DNA from: Chthoniobacteraceae bacterium
Lineage (GTDB): Bacteria; Verrucomicrobiota; Verrucomicrobiia; Chthoniobacterales; Chthoniobacteraceae
Length of the DNA stretch: 64,000 bases
Direction of reading: 5' to 3'
NCBI GenBank assembly: GCA_040081625.1
Contig: JBEBGD010000002.1
Location: 96,001 to 160,000 of the forward strand
This document shows, piece after piece, positions 30,591-40,228 of the stretch. A model generated the notes under the pieces. It saw only the letters and a list, made by a program, of their open reading frames with translations, made no database searches and had not been told where the DNA came from. Positions within the stretch are counted from its first letter, which is position 1, and each line of letters begins with the position of its first letter. Both the position numbers and the translations under genes were made by a program.

Positions 30591-31952
30591 ATGAAAGCGC
30601 TCGTCCGATTCGCGTGCGCACTCGCCGCCTTCTGCGCTTTCGCCGGCGCCGCGGAGAAGCCGAACGTCGTCATTTTTTTCGTGGACGACATGGGCTGGGG
30701 CGATCCGGCGACATTCGGCGGCACGGTGCCGACGCCAAACTTCGACCGGCTCGCGCGGGAGGGGATGCAGTTCCGGCAGTTCTACGTCGCAGCGCCGATC
30801 TGCTCGCCGTCGCGCTGCGGGTTGATGACGGGACAACAACCCGCGCGCTGGCGGATCACGAGCTACCTGCAGACGCGCGCGGGCAATCGCGAGTGCGAGC
30901 AGGCGGATTTTCTCGATCCGCGCGCGCCGTCGCTGCCGCGCGCATTTCACAATGCTGGCTACGCGACGGCGCACATCGGCAAGTGGCACCTCGGCGGCGG
31001 ACGCGATGTGACCGATGCGCCGAAATTCGCGGCGTATGGCTACGATCTCGGGCTCGGCACTTACGAGAGCCCGGAGCCGGCGGCGGGGCTGGGGCTGAAG
31101 TCGATGCCATGGGCCGCGCAGCGTGAGCCGCAGCAGGTGCCGCGGCACGAACGCACGCGGTGGATGGTGGATGAGACGCTCGCGTTCATGCAGAAACACG
31201 CGGGCCGTCCGCGCTTCGTGAACCTCTGGCTGGACGACCTGCACACGCCCTTCCGTCCGCAGGAGGGAGAGGACGCGCGCGATGTCGCCGCGCGCTACCG
31301 CGAGGTCTTCGTCGAGATGGATCGGCAGCTCGGGCGCCTGCTCGATGGCTTGCGCGAGCAGGGGATCGAGAAGGACACGATCGTGATCCTCGGAGGCGAC
31401 AACGGGCCGGAGCCGAGCTTCGAGCGCGCGCGCACGGGCGGTCTGCGCGGGATGAAGTGGAGTCTCTACGAAGGCGGCATCCGCACGCCGCTCATCGTGC
31501 GCTGGCCGGGTGTCGTGCCCGCGGGTGAGGTGAATGCGACGACGGTCGTGAGTGCGCTGGATTTCTTTCCGACGCTCTGCCGGCTCGCGGGTGTCGCCGC
31601 GCCGGCGGGCGTTGCGTTCGATGGCGAGGACATGAGCGCGGCCTTTCGCGGCGGGAAGATCGCGCGGACGAAACCGCTGCTCTGGGAGTATGGGCGCAAG
31701 CCCGGTGGGAAGGGGCTGCGCGCGTTTCCGTATCCGGCGGAGGCCGGCGCGAAGTCGCCGAACGTCGCGATCCGCGAAGGCGACTGGAAGTTGCTCGTGA
31801 ATGCGGATGGAGCGGACGCGGAGCTTTTCGATCTCGCCGCCGACCCGAATGAAACGCGTAATCTCGCCGGGACCGAGCGCGCGACCGCCGTCCGGCTCAA
31901 AGCCGCCGCGCTCGAATGGCGCGCCTCACTTCCCAAACCGAATCAGCCATGA
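30591..31952 (+). CDS. Secreted sulfatase
   Basis: CSPSRCGLMTG, GKWHLG, GDNG. Confidence 0.92.
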   Translation: MKALVRFACALAAFCAFAGAAEKPNVVIFFVDDMGWGDPATFGGTVPTPNFDRLAREGMQFRQFYVAAPICSPSRCGLMTGQQPARWRITSYLQTRAGNRECEQADFLDPRAPSLPRAFHNAGYATAHIGKWHLGGGRDVTDAPKFAAYGYDLGLGTYESPEPAAGLGLKSMPWAAQREPQQVPRHERTRWMVDETLAFMQKHAGRPRFVNLWLDDLHTPFRPQEGEDARDVAARYREVFVEMDRQLGRLLDGLREQGIEKDTIVILGGDNGPEPSFERARTGGLRGMKWSLYEGGIRTPLIVRWPGVVPAGEVNATTVVSALDFFPTLCRLAGVAAPAGVAFDGEDMSAAFRGGKIARTKPLLWEYGRKPGGKGLRAFPYPAEAGAKSPNVAIREGDWKLLVNADGADAELFDLAADPNETRNLAGTERATAVRLKAAALEWRASLPKPNQP

Positions 31953-31953
31953 A
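31905..31953 (+). repeat. 49-bp direct repeat copy 1 (3' end of sulfatase)
   Basis: gccgcgctcgaatggcgcgcctcacttcccaaaccgaatcagccatgaa; 46/49 identical to 37564-37612. Confidence 0.9.
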
Positions 31954-32034
31954 TTCGGTCGCCGCGGTCGCGGAAGTGATCGGGTGCATACGAAGCTTGG
32001 CAACCACGGCAGTGATCCGCGACATTGACGGGCG

Positions 32035-32709
32035 ATGCGCATTCTCGTCGTCGAAGATGAAAGGAAGCTCGCCGAATTCGTGGCGAACGGACTACGCGCG
32101 GCGAAGTTTGAGGCCGAGGTGGTGCGCGATGGCGATGAGGCTTTCCGGAAGCTCAAGGGCGAGACCTACGACGGCGCGGTGCTCGACATCATGCTGCCGG
32201 GGCGCGACGGGCTGAGCATCCTGCGGCAGCTCCGCGAGGACGGGAACAACATCCCGATCGTGCTGCTCACGGCGCGCGGCTCGGTGAATGAGCGAATCGA
32301 AGGGCTGCGCCTCGGTGCGGACGATTATCTGCCGAAGCCGTTCTCGATCGATGAATTGGTCGTGCGTCTTCAGGCCGTGCTGCGGCGCGTGACGGGGGAG
32401 AAGCTCACCGTGCTCCACTACGCGGACGTGACGCTGAATCTCGTGACGCGCGAAGTGCAGCGCGCCGGACGGTTGCTCGACCTGTCGCCGCGCGAGTTTG
32501 AGCTGCTCGAGTTTTTCCTCCGTGCGCCGGAACGCGTGCTCGGGCGCATGAGCATCATCGAGCACGTGTGGGGCAGCCACTTCGATCCGGGCACGAATCT
32601 CGTGGACCAATACGTGAAGCGCCTGCGACGAAAGATCGAGGACGGCTTCCCGGCGAAGCTCATCCACACGGTGCCGGGCAGCGGCTACCGTTTCGGGCCT
32701 TCGCGATGA
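32035..32709 (+). CDS. OmpR-family response regulator (CusR/CopR-like)
   Basis: MRILVVEDE, LDIMLPG, GADDYLPKPF, winged-helix C-terminus. Confidence 0.92.
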   Translation: MRILVVEDERKLAEFVANGLRAAKFEAEVVRDGDEAFRKLKGETYDGAVLDIMLPGRDGLSILRQLREDGNNIPIVLLTARGSVNERIEGLRLGADDYLPKPFSIDELVVRLQAVLRRVTGEKLTVLHYADVTLNLVTREVQRAGRLLDLSPREFELLEFFLRAPERVLGRMSIIEHVWGSHFDPGTNLVDQYVKRLRRKIEDGFPAKLIHTVPGSGYRFGPSR

Positions 32710-34058
32710 GGCCGCTCTCCCTGCGCACGCGGCTGGGCGTCTGGGCCGCGCTGATGCTTGCGCCGCCTCTGGTCGTCTTCGGCTGCGTGGTTGCGTGGAG
32801 CGTTTACGAGCAGGAGGTGGATGCGATGGAGCGCGAGCTGCGCGTCGAGTCGGCCTCGGTGCTGGGCCGGATGATCGAGTCGAGGAAGACCGGACGGGTG
32901 CCGGAGGAATTGCGCGCGCTCATCGAGCCGTTCCACCCGTATATCGAGGTGCTCGGCGCGGACGGAAAGCCGGTGTATCGCTCCGCGATGCTCGCCGGGG
33001 TGCCGGGGGTCACCGATCCGCGCGAGTCGGGAAATGCGCGGACGGTTTCGATCAACGGTGTCGCCGTCCGGCAGGTGACCGTCGCATCCGACGGGCTCGC
33101 CGTCTCGCTCGGCGCGAGCCTCGCACTGCCGCGGAGAAAGCTTGGCGAGTTGCTCCGCGGCTACGCGTTTGCGACGCCGTTCTTGCTGGCCACATTCGCG
33201 CTCGGCGCGTCGTGGATCGCCCGTCGCGCGCTGCGTCCGCTCGGCGAGATCACGGCCCGGGCCGAGCAAATCTCGACTTCCAGCCTCGACGCGCGCCTTC
33301 CCCTGCCCGCCGCGCAAGACGAACTGCGCCGGCTGACCGAGGTGCTCAACAGCATGATGAGCCGCCTGGAGTCGGGCTTCGCGCAAGTCGCGCGTTTCAG
33401 CTCGGATGCCTCGCACGAACTGCGCACGCCGCTCGCCGTGCTCCGCGCCGAGTTGGAGACCGCGCTTCTGCCCGGCACCACCGACGAGACCCGCGTCCAT
33501 CTCATCCACACGATTCTCGATGAAGTGAGGCGCCTCTCCTCCCTCGTGGACGACCTGCTGCTGCTCTCGCGCTCGGACGCCGGCAAGCTCGAGCTCGACA
33601 TCCAGCCCACCGATCTCAGCCGCATCGCCAGCGCCGCGGTCGAGGATGCGCGCCTGCTCGGCGAGATGCGCGGACTGTCCGTCGAGGCGGATGTGGCGCC
33701 GGGCGTGCAAGTCCGCGGCGACGCGGCAAGGCTGCGCCAGGTGCTGCTGAATCTCGTGGACAACGCGGTGAAGTTTAACCGCGACAGTGGACGCTTGCGC
33801 ATCACTCTCGCGGCGACCCCCGGTGAAGCGCGCCTCGCGGTCGGCAACACCGGCCCCGGCTTGCGCCCCGAACACCGGACCCAAATCTTCGATCGATTCT
33901 TTCGGGGCGATCCCGCGCGAAGCCGCGACGTGGCGGGCTTCGGCCTCGGGCTGAGCCTGACCCGCGAGATCATGCTCGCCCACGGCGGACGCATCGAACT
34001 GGCACGCAGCGACGAGGATTGGACCGAATTCCTCGTCGCGCTGCCGCTCGCGGATTGA
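32706..34058 (+). CDS. HAMP sensor histidine kinase
   Basis: Two TM segments, SHELRTP, NLVDNAVK, FDRFFRGD, GLGLS. Confidence 0.92.
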   Translation: MRPLSLRTRLGVWAALMLAPPLVVFGCVVAWSVYEQEVDAMERELRVESASVLGRMIESRKTGRVPEELRALIEPFHPYIEVLGADGKPVYRSAMLAGVPGVTDPRESGNARTVSINGVAVRQVTVASDGLAVSLGASLALPRRKLGELLRGYAFATPFLLATFALGASWIARRALRPLGEITARAEQISTSSLDARLPLPAAQDELRRLTEVLNSMMSRLESGFAQVARFSSDASHELRTPLAVLRAELETALLPGTTDETRVHLIHTILDEVRRLSSLVDDLLLLSRSDAGKLELDIQPTDLSRIASAAVEDARLLGEMRGLSVEADVAPGVQVRGDAARLRQVLLNLVDNAVKFNRDSGRLRITLAATPGEARLAVGNTGPGLRPEHRTQIFDRFFRGDPARSRDVAGFGLGLSLTREIMLAHGGRIELARSDEDWTEFLVALPLAD

Positions 34059-34067
34059 TCCGGCCGG

Positions 34068-37000
34068 TCAGGGGATCCTCAGGCGGTAGAAACTTTGCGT
34101 GGCGTTCTGGCTCACGGAATCGGGGCACAGGGCAACTCCTTCGTCATCAATCGTGACGGCTTCGAGGGGATCCCAAACCGACAAATCGGCGGACACTTCC
34201 GCTGCGACGACAGCGCCGACCTCTCCCCGGACTTCCACGACGGGGACGCCATCGGGGCCCACGGTGACTCCCTCGATCCATGCGAGATCGGCGGGCGGCA
34301 GACCGGTTGGGAGCGCGCCGTTATAGGGGATCAGCGCGGTGGAGACGCCGGCGCGGCCATTGGCGTCGATCGGGGTGATGTAAACACCTTTATGCCAGAC
34401 CGCGCCGGTGGGCACGAGGCCGAAGGCGAGGCTGGTGCCGGTCGCAGTCATCGATCGCGAGTAGCGATGGCTGCCCCATTGCCAGGACATCGTCACGCGA
34501 TAGCTGGCGATCGGGAAGACGTTGTCGATGGGAGCCAGCCAGCTCGCTACGGCGCTGTCTCCATTTCGCGTGGCGACGGGATTCCGCACGGGGCCGGAGA
34601 AGTTCACGAGGATGTTCACGGTCACATCGCGCGAACCGATCTGGTTCGTGACGCGGACGGTGACGGGGATCGTGCCGATGTCGGTCGCGCCGGGCGTCCA
34701 GCTTCCCGCGCCGGTGACGGGATCGAGCGCGAAGCCGGGCGGGGCGCTGACCACGGAGTAGCTGGCCGGGCCGAAGGTGGGGTTGTAGTCGGTGAATTGC
34801 ACCACAGCTTCCTGGCCGGCGACGACGCCGGGATTGCCATTCGCATTGCCGATGGTCCAGCCGACGTTGGGCAGGGCCGGGCGCGGAACGAAGGGCAGGC
34901 CGGGGGCGTTGGTGAGGCCGCGATTGTCGGCGGCGTCGATGGCGTTCACATACAAGGTGTAGGTCCGTCCGGAGACCAGGCCGGTCAGGACGGCGGCCGG
35001 GGTTTCTCCGTCCGTTTCATAGGTCACCCGGTGCGTGCGGTAGGCGCGACCGTAACGATAGCGCGCCGTGGCGACGATGGTGTAGCCGGCGGTCAGGTCG
35101 GCTCCCGATCCTACGGGCGGAGACCACGTGGCCGTCGGATTGAGGTCCGTCAGGCCGGTGACTTGAAGACTCGAAACCGGCCCGGTGAAGTGCATGTAGA
35201 ACTCCATGGTGATCTCCGTGCTCGCGGCGGCATTGGTGGCGCGGACCATTACCGACTGCAGGCCGGCGTTGTCCGGCGTGGGCGTCCACGAAAGCTGGCC
35301 GGTCACCGTGTCGATCGTCATGCCCGCGGGAGCCGAGACGATCTCGTAAGTCGAAGTCGTGTGGCTGGCGTCGAGCACCTGCGCGGTCCACGGCGACCCG
35401 GCGACCGCGTCGCGGAAGCCGCCCGCGCCTTGCACATACTGCACGGAGAGCACGGGCACGTCGGGGCGCACGGTGATGTCCACGGAGAGGTCGGCGGTGC
35501 CGCCGGAATTGGTCGCGCGCATCATCAGCGTATGCGTCCCCACGTCGGCGGGCGACGGCATCCAGCTCGCGACGCCCGTCTCGGGATCGACCGTCAACCC
35601 CGCGGGGCCGGAGACGATGGAGAAGGTGGCCGCGGGATTCGCACTCACCCAGAACTGGAGCTGCAACGGGAAATTCGCCGGAAGGCTGGTCGCGCCGGTG
35701 TAGCGGAAGTTGATGGGCGGCGAGAGCGTCTTGAAGGTGACGAGTGGAGAGTTGGCCGATTGATTCCCCGCGGCGTCGAAGGTCCGCACGGCGTAGGTGT
35801 AGGAGGTGAGCGGCGGGAGGCCGGAGATCGTGACGGTGTCGTCGAAGATGCTCCCCTGCACGAGCGCGTAGCACCGTTTGCTGCCACGCCAGCCGCAGCG
35901 GTATTGCCGATACACGGCAAAGTGATCCACGCCCGTCGCATCGGTGGCGCCACTCCACGCGAGCGTCACGGACGTGGCGGTGACATCGACGACGTGGAGT
36001 TCGGTCGGAGGCGTCGGGGCAAAGGTGTCGGCCACCACGGCGATGCTGAAGTTTTGATCGGCGAAGCCGGCGCGGTTCGTGGCGCGAACCGTCACGGGGT
36101 GGACGCCGACTTGTCCCGCGACCGGCTGCCAGCCGATGGAGCCGCTGATCGGATCGATGCTCATCCCCGCCGGAGCCGCAACGAGCGAAAACGTGGGCAC
36201 AGGATTTCCGACGGCCCCCGCGTCATAGCCGTAAGCGCGGTCGAGTGATCCCGAAGTCACCGGCGAGGTGTTGAAGATAGGTGCGGTCTCGGGAATATTC
36301 AGTTGCTGCGTCTGGAAGACGGACGCCGACGCGACACCAGCCGCGTCGTAGCCACCGGCGACCAGTATTTTCCCCGAAGCGGCGATCGCCGCGCCATGCG
36401 CATACCGCGCGGCGGGAAGCGGCGTATCGATCGCCCAAAGGCCCGTCGCGAGGTCATACACCTGCACCGTGTCCACTGCGCCGGACGCACCGACGCCGCC
36501 GGTCACGTAGATCCGGTTCTGGGTCAGGACGGCCACCGCATTGCGCACCGCCACCGGCATCGAAGCGATCACCTCCCAGGAATTCGAAGCGATGACGTAA
36601 CGATAAGCCGTGGCCTGCACCGCCGTCGAAGTCGCGCCGCCGAAAAGATAGATGTGAGTCGCGCCCACGCCGACGGCGGTGGCTCCGTAGCGTGCAGCCG
36701 GCAGCGGAGCTATTCCCGTCCACGCATCCTGCACCGGGTCGTAACGCTCTGCGCTGGACATCACCTCGCCGGATTCTCCCAAACCGCCCACCGCATAAGC
36801 CCCGCCCGACCCGTCGGCAGAATACGCGAACAACTGCCGCCCGGTGGACATCTTCTCCGCATCCTGACTGTCACCGAGGAAGTAGTCGTATCGCAGCACT
36901 TCGTCCGTCGGCGCATTCCCGCTCCTGCCACCGATGAGCAGAATCCCCTGCGTCGAGTAGCGCACCGCGCCGAGTCCGATGCGCGTGGTGTCGATATCGA

Positions 37001-37298
37001 AAGCCGTGGTCCAACTGGCCGCGCCGTTTGGCAGCTTGGGCACGACGGTGGCACCGGAAGGACTCGTCCCGCCCATCACGAGGATGGCGTTGTCCGGCGC
37101 GAGCAGCGCGACGGCTTCGGCTCGCGGCGAAGGCAAGTCCGGCCCGGAAGTCCAGAGCAGCGAACCCTGCCCGACGGCGTGGAATTCGGAGCCGATCAAA
37201 GTCGCGAAGAAAATGAGTGCGCGCAGGCAACGGATCAGTCCGGTTACGCGAGGTGACTTCGATGAGGTTGACGAGTTCACGGGACGATGCGTGTTCAT
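34068..37298 (-). CDS. Surface protein: Kelch propeller + putative Ig repeats + FN3 domains + C-terminal ...FYRL domain
   Basis: GG...W Kelch repeats; PAGMSIDPISGSIGW-type Ig repeats; YTYAVRTFDAAGNQS FN3; SADLSVW...FYRLRIP; start uncertain. Confidence 0.8.
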   Translation of the reverse strand: MNTHRPVNSSTSSKSPRVTGLIRCLRALIFFATLIGSEFHAVGQGSLLWTSGPDLPSPRAEAVALLAPDNAILVMGGTSPSGATVVPKLPNGAASWTTAFDIDTTRIGLGAVRYSTQGILLIGGRSGNAPTDEVLRYDYFLGDSQDAEKMSTGRQLFAYSADGSGGAYAVGGLGESGEVMSSAERYDPVQDAWTGIAPLPAARYGATAVGVGATHIYLFGGATSTAVQATAYRYVIASNSWEVIASMPVAVRNAVAVLTQNRIYVTGGVGASGAVDTVQVYDLATGLWAIDTPLPAARYAHGAAIAASGKILVAGGYDAAGVASASVFQTQQLNIPETAPIFNTSPVTSGSLDRAYGYDAGAVGNPVPTFSLVAAPAGMSIDPISGSIGWQPVAGQVGVHPVTVRATNRAGFADQNFSIAVVADTFAPTPPTELHVVDVTATSVTLAWSGATDATGVDHFAVYRQYRCGWRGSKRCYALVQGSIFDDTVTISGLPPLTSYTYAVRTFDAAGNQSANSPLVTFKTLSPPINFRYTGATSLPANFPLQLQFWVSANPAATFSIVSGPAGLTVDPETGVASWMPSPADVGTHTLMMRATNSGGTADLSVDITVRPDVPVLSVQYVQGAGGFRDAVAGSPWTAQVLDASHTTSTYEIVSAPAGMTIDTVTGQLSWTPTPDNAGLQSVMVRATNAAASTEITMEFYMHFTGPVSSLQVTGLTDLNPTATWSPPVGSGADLTAGYTIVATARYRYGRAYRTHRVTYETDGETPAAVLTGLVSGRTYTLYVNAIDAADNRGLTNAPGLPFVPRPALPNVGWTIGNANGNPGVVAGQEAVVQFTDYNPTFGPASYSVVSAPPGFALDPVTGAGSWTPGATDIGTIPVTVRVTNQIGSRDVTVNILVNFSGPVRNPVATRNGDSAVASWLAPIDNVFPIASYRVTMSWQWGSHRYSRSMTATGTSLAFGLVPTGAVWHKGVYITPIDANGRAGVSTALIPYNGALPTGLPPADLAWIEGVTVGPDGVPVVEVRGEVGAVVAAEVSADLSVWDPLEAVTIDDEGVALCPDSVSQNATQSFYRLRIP

Positions 37299-37365
37299 GA
37301 GAATGGATGAGCGGGGATTGGGGCAATCTGCCTGCCACATCGCCGGACGGCGAGACGCGTTCCGG

Positions 37366-37387
37366 GTTCTGACAGCCCTGTCAGAAC
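37366..37387. promoter_or_regulatory. Perfect palindrome with TGACA-N4-TGTCA core upstream of the Kelch gene
   Basis: gttctgacag-cc-ctgtcagaac. Confidence 0.6.
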
Positions 37388-37515
37388 GTATTCAGCACGC
37401 CCGGCTGGTCGGATAAAACTGGCGCGGGTCACTATTCTCCTTTGATCTCGCTGCAGAAACCCCTGACCCACGAGTGGGAAGTCCGCCCGCATCCCGCTTC
37501 AAAATATTCTCTGCC

Positions 37516-37578
37516 ATGAAAACATTGGTCGCCTCCTTCCTCACCGCGTTGCTGCTTTCGCTGGCCGCGCTCGAATGA
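37516..37578 (+). pseudogene. Signal-peptide-only gene remnant running into the duplicated sulfatase end
   Basis: MKTLVASFLTALLLSLAALE*; stop is TGA where copy 1 has TGG. Confidence 0.45.
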
Positions 37579-37612
37579 CGCGCCTCACTTCCAAAACCGA
37601 ACCAGCCATGAA
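37564..37612 (+). repeat. 49-bp direct repeat copy 2
   Basis: gccgcgctcgaatgacgcgcctcacttccaaaaccgaaccagccatgaa; contains the ATG of the next sulfatase. Confidence 0.9.
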
Positions 37613-39536
37613 ATCGCTCCTGCTCGCCCTCGCCCTCGCCACCACCGCCGCACACGCGGTGCAGAAGCCGAACGTGATCCTCTTCCTCGTCGATGACATG
37701 GGGTGGCGCGACTGCGGCGTTTACGGCTCGAAGTATTACGAGACGCCGAACATCGACCGCTTCGCGAAGCGTGCGATGCGCTTCACCGATGCGTATGCGC
37801 AGCCGCTCTGCTCGCCGACGCGCGCGTCGCTGCTCACGGGGAAGTATCCGTCGCGGCACGGGATCACCACGGCATCCGGGCACCAGCCGCCGCAGCCGGC
37901 GGGGCACAAGTTTCTCCCCGACAGCGCGCCGGCGAACCGCACGCTGCTCACGCCCGAGAGCAAGAACTACCTCGATCCTGCCGAGATCACGCTCGCGGAA
38001 ACGTTGCGCACCGCGGGCTATCGCACGGCGCACATCGGCAAATGGCACCTCGGGCTCACGCAGCCGCACTGGCCGGAGCAGCAGGGGTTCGATGTCGCGT
38101 TCCATTGCCACCCCGATCCGGGGCCGCCGGGGAACTACTTCTCGCCCTACGGCGTCGTGGTCGATGGGAAGCCGGGCGGGAAGTCGAAGGTCGGCACGAT
38201 CACCGACGGACCCGCGGGTGAATACATCGTCGATCGGCTCGCGGATGAGGCGGTGAAGTTCATCACCGAGAACAAGGGGCGCCCGTTTTTCCTCAACCTC
38301 TGGAACTACGGCGTGCATGGGCCGTGGGGGCACAAGGAGGAATACACGAAGCAGTTCGCGGCGAAGACCGACCCGACCGGCGCGCAGGGGAACCCGATCA
38401 TGGCTTCGATGATGAAGAGCGTGGACGAGTGCTTCGGGCGCGTGCTCGCCGCGCTCGATCAGCTCGGGCTCACGGAGAACACGATCGTGATCTTCAACTC
38501 CGACAACGGCGGCAACGTCCACAGCAACCTGCCCGACGATCGCAAGAGCGCGCGCAAGGCCGAGGGCCAGCTCGGTGAGTGGGCGAAGTGGGCCGGGCCG
38601 CGTCCGCCGACGAACAATGCGCCGTTGCGCGATGGGAAAGGGACGCTCTACGAAGGCGGCACGCGCGTGCCGCTCATGTGGGGGTGGCCGGGTTGGATCG
38701 CGCCGGGCAGCACGAGCGCGGCAGTGGTGGGTCACATCGACTTGTATCCCACGCTGCTCGAGATGGTCGGCGTCGAGCGCCCGGCGACGCAGCAGATGGA
38801 CGGCATCAGCTACGCGGGCGTGCTGCGCGGTGGCGGGCCACTCGGGCGCGACGCGTTCTTCAATTACCACCCGCACGGCAAAAACTCCGGCGGCGTGTGG
38901 GTGCGCTCGGGCGACTTGAAATTGATCCGCTGGTTCGATCCCGCGCTGCCGCGCGAACTCTACGATCTCCGCGCCGACCTCGGCGAATCGAAGAACCTCG
39001 CCGACGCACAGCCCGACAAGGCGAAGCAACTCGACGCGCTGATCGACACCTTCCTCGCCACCACCGGCGCGCTCTACCCGCGGCCGAACCCGGCCTTCAA
39101 AGCCGCGCCAGCGAGAACCGCAAAGCCGCTCGCAGACGACGACGGCACCGGCCCGATCGCCGGCTGGAAACTGCGCGGCATGAAAGCCACGACCACGAGC
39201 GAAGGCGTGCGCCTCGAGGGCAGCGGACGCAGTCCTTTCCTCGGCACGGCGAAATACAAGTTCACTGGCGCGGCTGAGCTGCACCTGCGCGTGAAGGCGC
39301 CGGCAGGCGGGACGGGACAAGTGCATTGGCGGCTTGCCGACGCGACGGACTTCGCGGCGGAGCACGCGGTGAAGTTCGAACTCGCCGCCGGCGACGGGTG
39401 GCGCGACGTGGCGGTGCCCGTCCCGTCGAAGGGCAGCGTCGTGCAGGTGCGCGTCTTCCTTCCTGCGGAGAAGGGTCCGATCGAGTTGAGCGTGCTCGAC
39501 GTGCGCGCCGCCAACGCGAAGACCCGCCGCAAATGA
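37608..39536 (+). CDS. Secreted sulfatase with C-terminal beta-sandwich-like domain
   Basis: CSPTRASLLTG, GKWHLG; C-terminal ~120 aa similar to that of 12052-15321. Confidence 0.92.
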   Translation: MKSLLLALALATTAAHAVQKPNVILFLVDDMGWRDCGVYGSKYYETPNIDRFAKRAMRFTDAYAQPLCSPTRASLLTGKYPSRHGITTASGHQPPQPAGHKFLPDSAPANRTLLTPESKNYLDPAEITLAETLRTAGYRTAHIGKWHLGLTQPHWPEQQGFDVAFHCHPDPGPPGNYFSPYGVVVDGKPGGKSKVGTITDGPAGEYIVDRLADEAVKFITENKGRPFFLNLWNYGVHGPWGHKEEYTKQFAAKTDPTGAQGNPIMASMMKSVDECFGRVLAALDQLGLTENTIVIFNSDNGGNVHSNLPDDRKSARKAEGQLGEWAKWAGPRPPTNNAPLRDGKGTLYEGGTRVPLMWGWPGWIAPGSTSAAVVGHIDLYPTLLEMVGVERPATQQMDGISYAGVLRGGGPLGRDAFFNYHPHGKNSGGVWVRSGDLKLIRWFDPALPRELYDLRADLGESKNLADAQPDKAKQLDALIDTFLATTGALYPRPNPAFKAAPARTAKPLADDDGTGPIAGWKLRGMKATTTSEGVRLEGSGRSPFLGTAKYKFTGAAELHLRVKAPAGGTGQVHWRLADATDFAAEHAVKFELAAGDGWRDVAVPVPSKGSVVQVRVFLPAEKGPIELSVLDVRAANAKTRRK

Positions 39537-40228
39537 TCGCGCGTGTCCACGCCTGCATTTGCGCCCTGCTTGCCGTCGCATTCACCGCGATGGCACAGCC
39601 GCTAACGATCGTCATCATCGGCGACTCGACCGTCGCGGATTATCCCGCAGACAAGCCGAGTCGCGGCTGGGGGCAATTCATCGCGGGTTACTTCGGCGAC
39701 GGCGTGCGCGTGGCGAATCACGCGATCAGCGGGCGCAGCACGAAAAGCTTTCGCGGCACGGCCTGGGAGAAGGCGCGCGCGGAAAAGCCGAACGTGGTCT
39801 TGATCCAGTTCGGTCACAACGACTCGCACGCGAAGACCGAGCCGAAGGCCACCGACGCCGCGACCGACTACCGCGACTATTTGCGCCAATACATCGACGA
39901 GACGCGCGCGCTCGGCGCGCTGCCCGTGCTCATCACGCCGATGCACCGCCGCGTGTGGAAACCCGATGGAACGCTCGACGACATCCTCCAGCCCTACGCC
40001 GATGCGATGAAAGCCGTCGCCGTGGAGAAGGAGGTGCCGGTGATCGACCTGCACGCGATGAGCCGCGAACTTTACCTCAAGCTCGGCGAGCAGGGCAGTC
40101 TCGAACTCGCGAACGCGCCGGGCGACCGCACGCACTTCGGCGAGAAGGGAGCCAAGGCGATGGCGGAACTCGTGATGAGCAAACTGCCCGGCGCGCTTCC
40201 GAAGCTCAAACCTCTGCTCAAACCATGA
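39533..40228 (+). CDS. SGNH esterase, rhamnogalacturonan acetylesterase-like
   Basis: GDSTV, GWGQ, GRSTKSF, QFGHND, DRTH. Confidence 0.88.
   Translation: MIARVHACICALLAVAFTAMAQPLTIVIIGDSTVADYPADKPSRGWGQFIAGYFGDGVRVANHAISGRSTKSFRGTAWEKARAEKPNVVLIQFGHNDSHAKTEPKATDAATDYRDYLRQYIDETRALGALPVLITPMHRRVWKPDGTLDDILQPYADAMKAVAVEKEVPVIDLHAMSRELYLKLGEQGSLELANAPGDRTHFGEKGAKAMAELVMSKLPGALPKLKPLLKP

Noticed and set aside
31949..32215. ORF starting at the ATGA in repeat copy 1
   Set aside because: The ATG is part of the duplicated junction; the ORF overlaps the response regulator out of frame.
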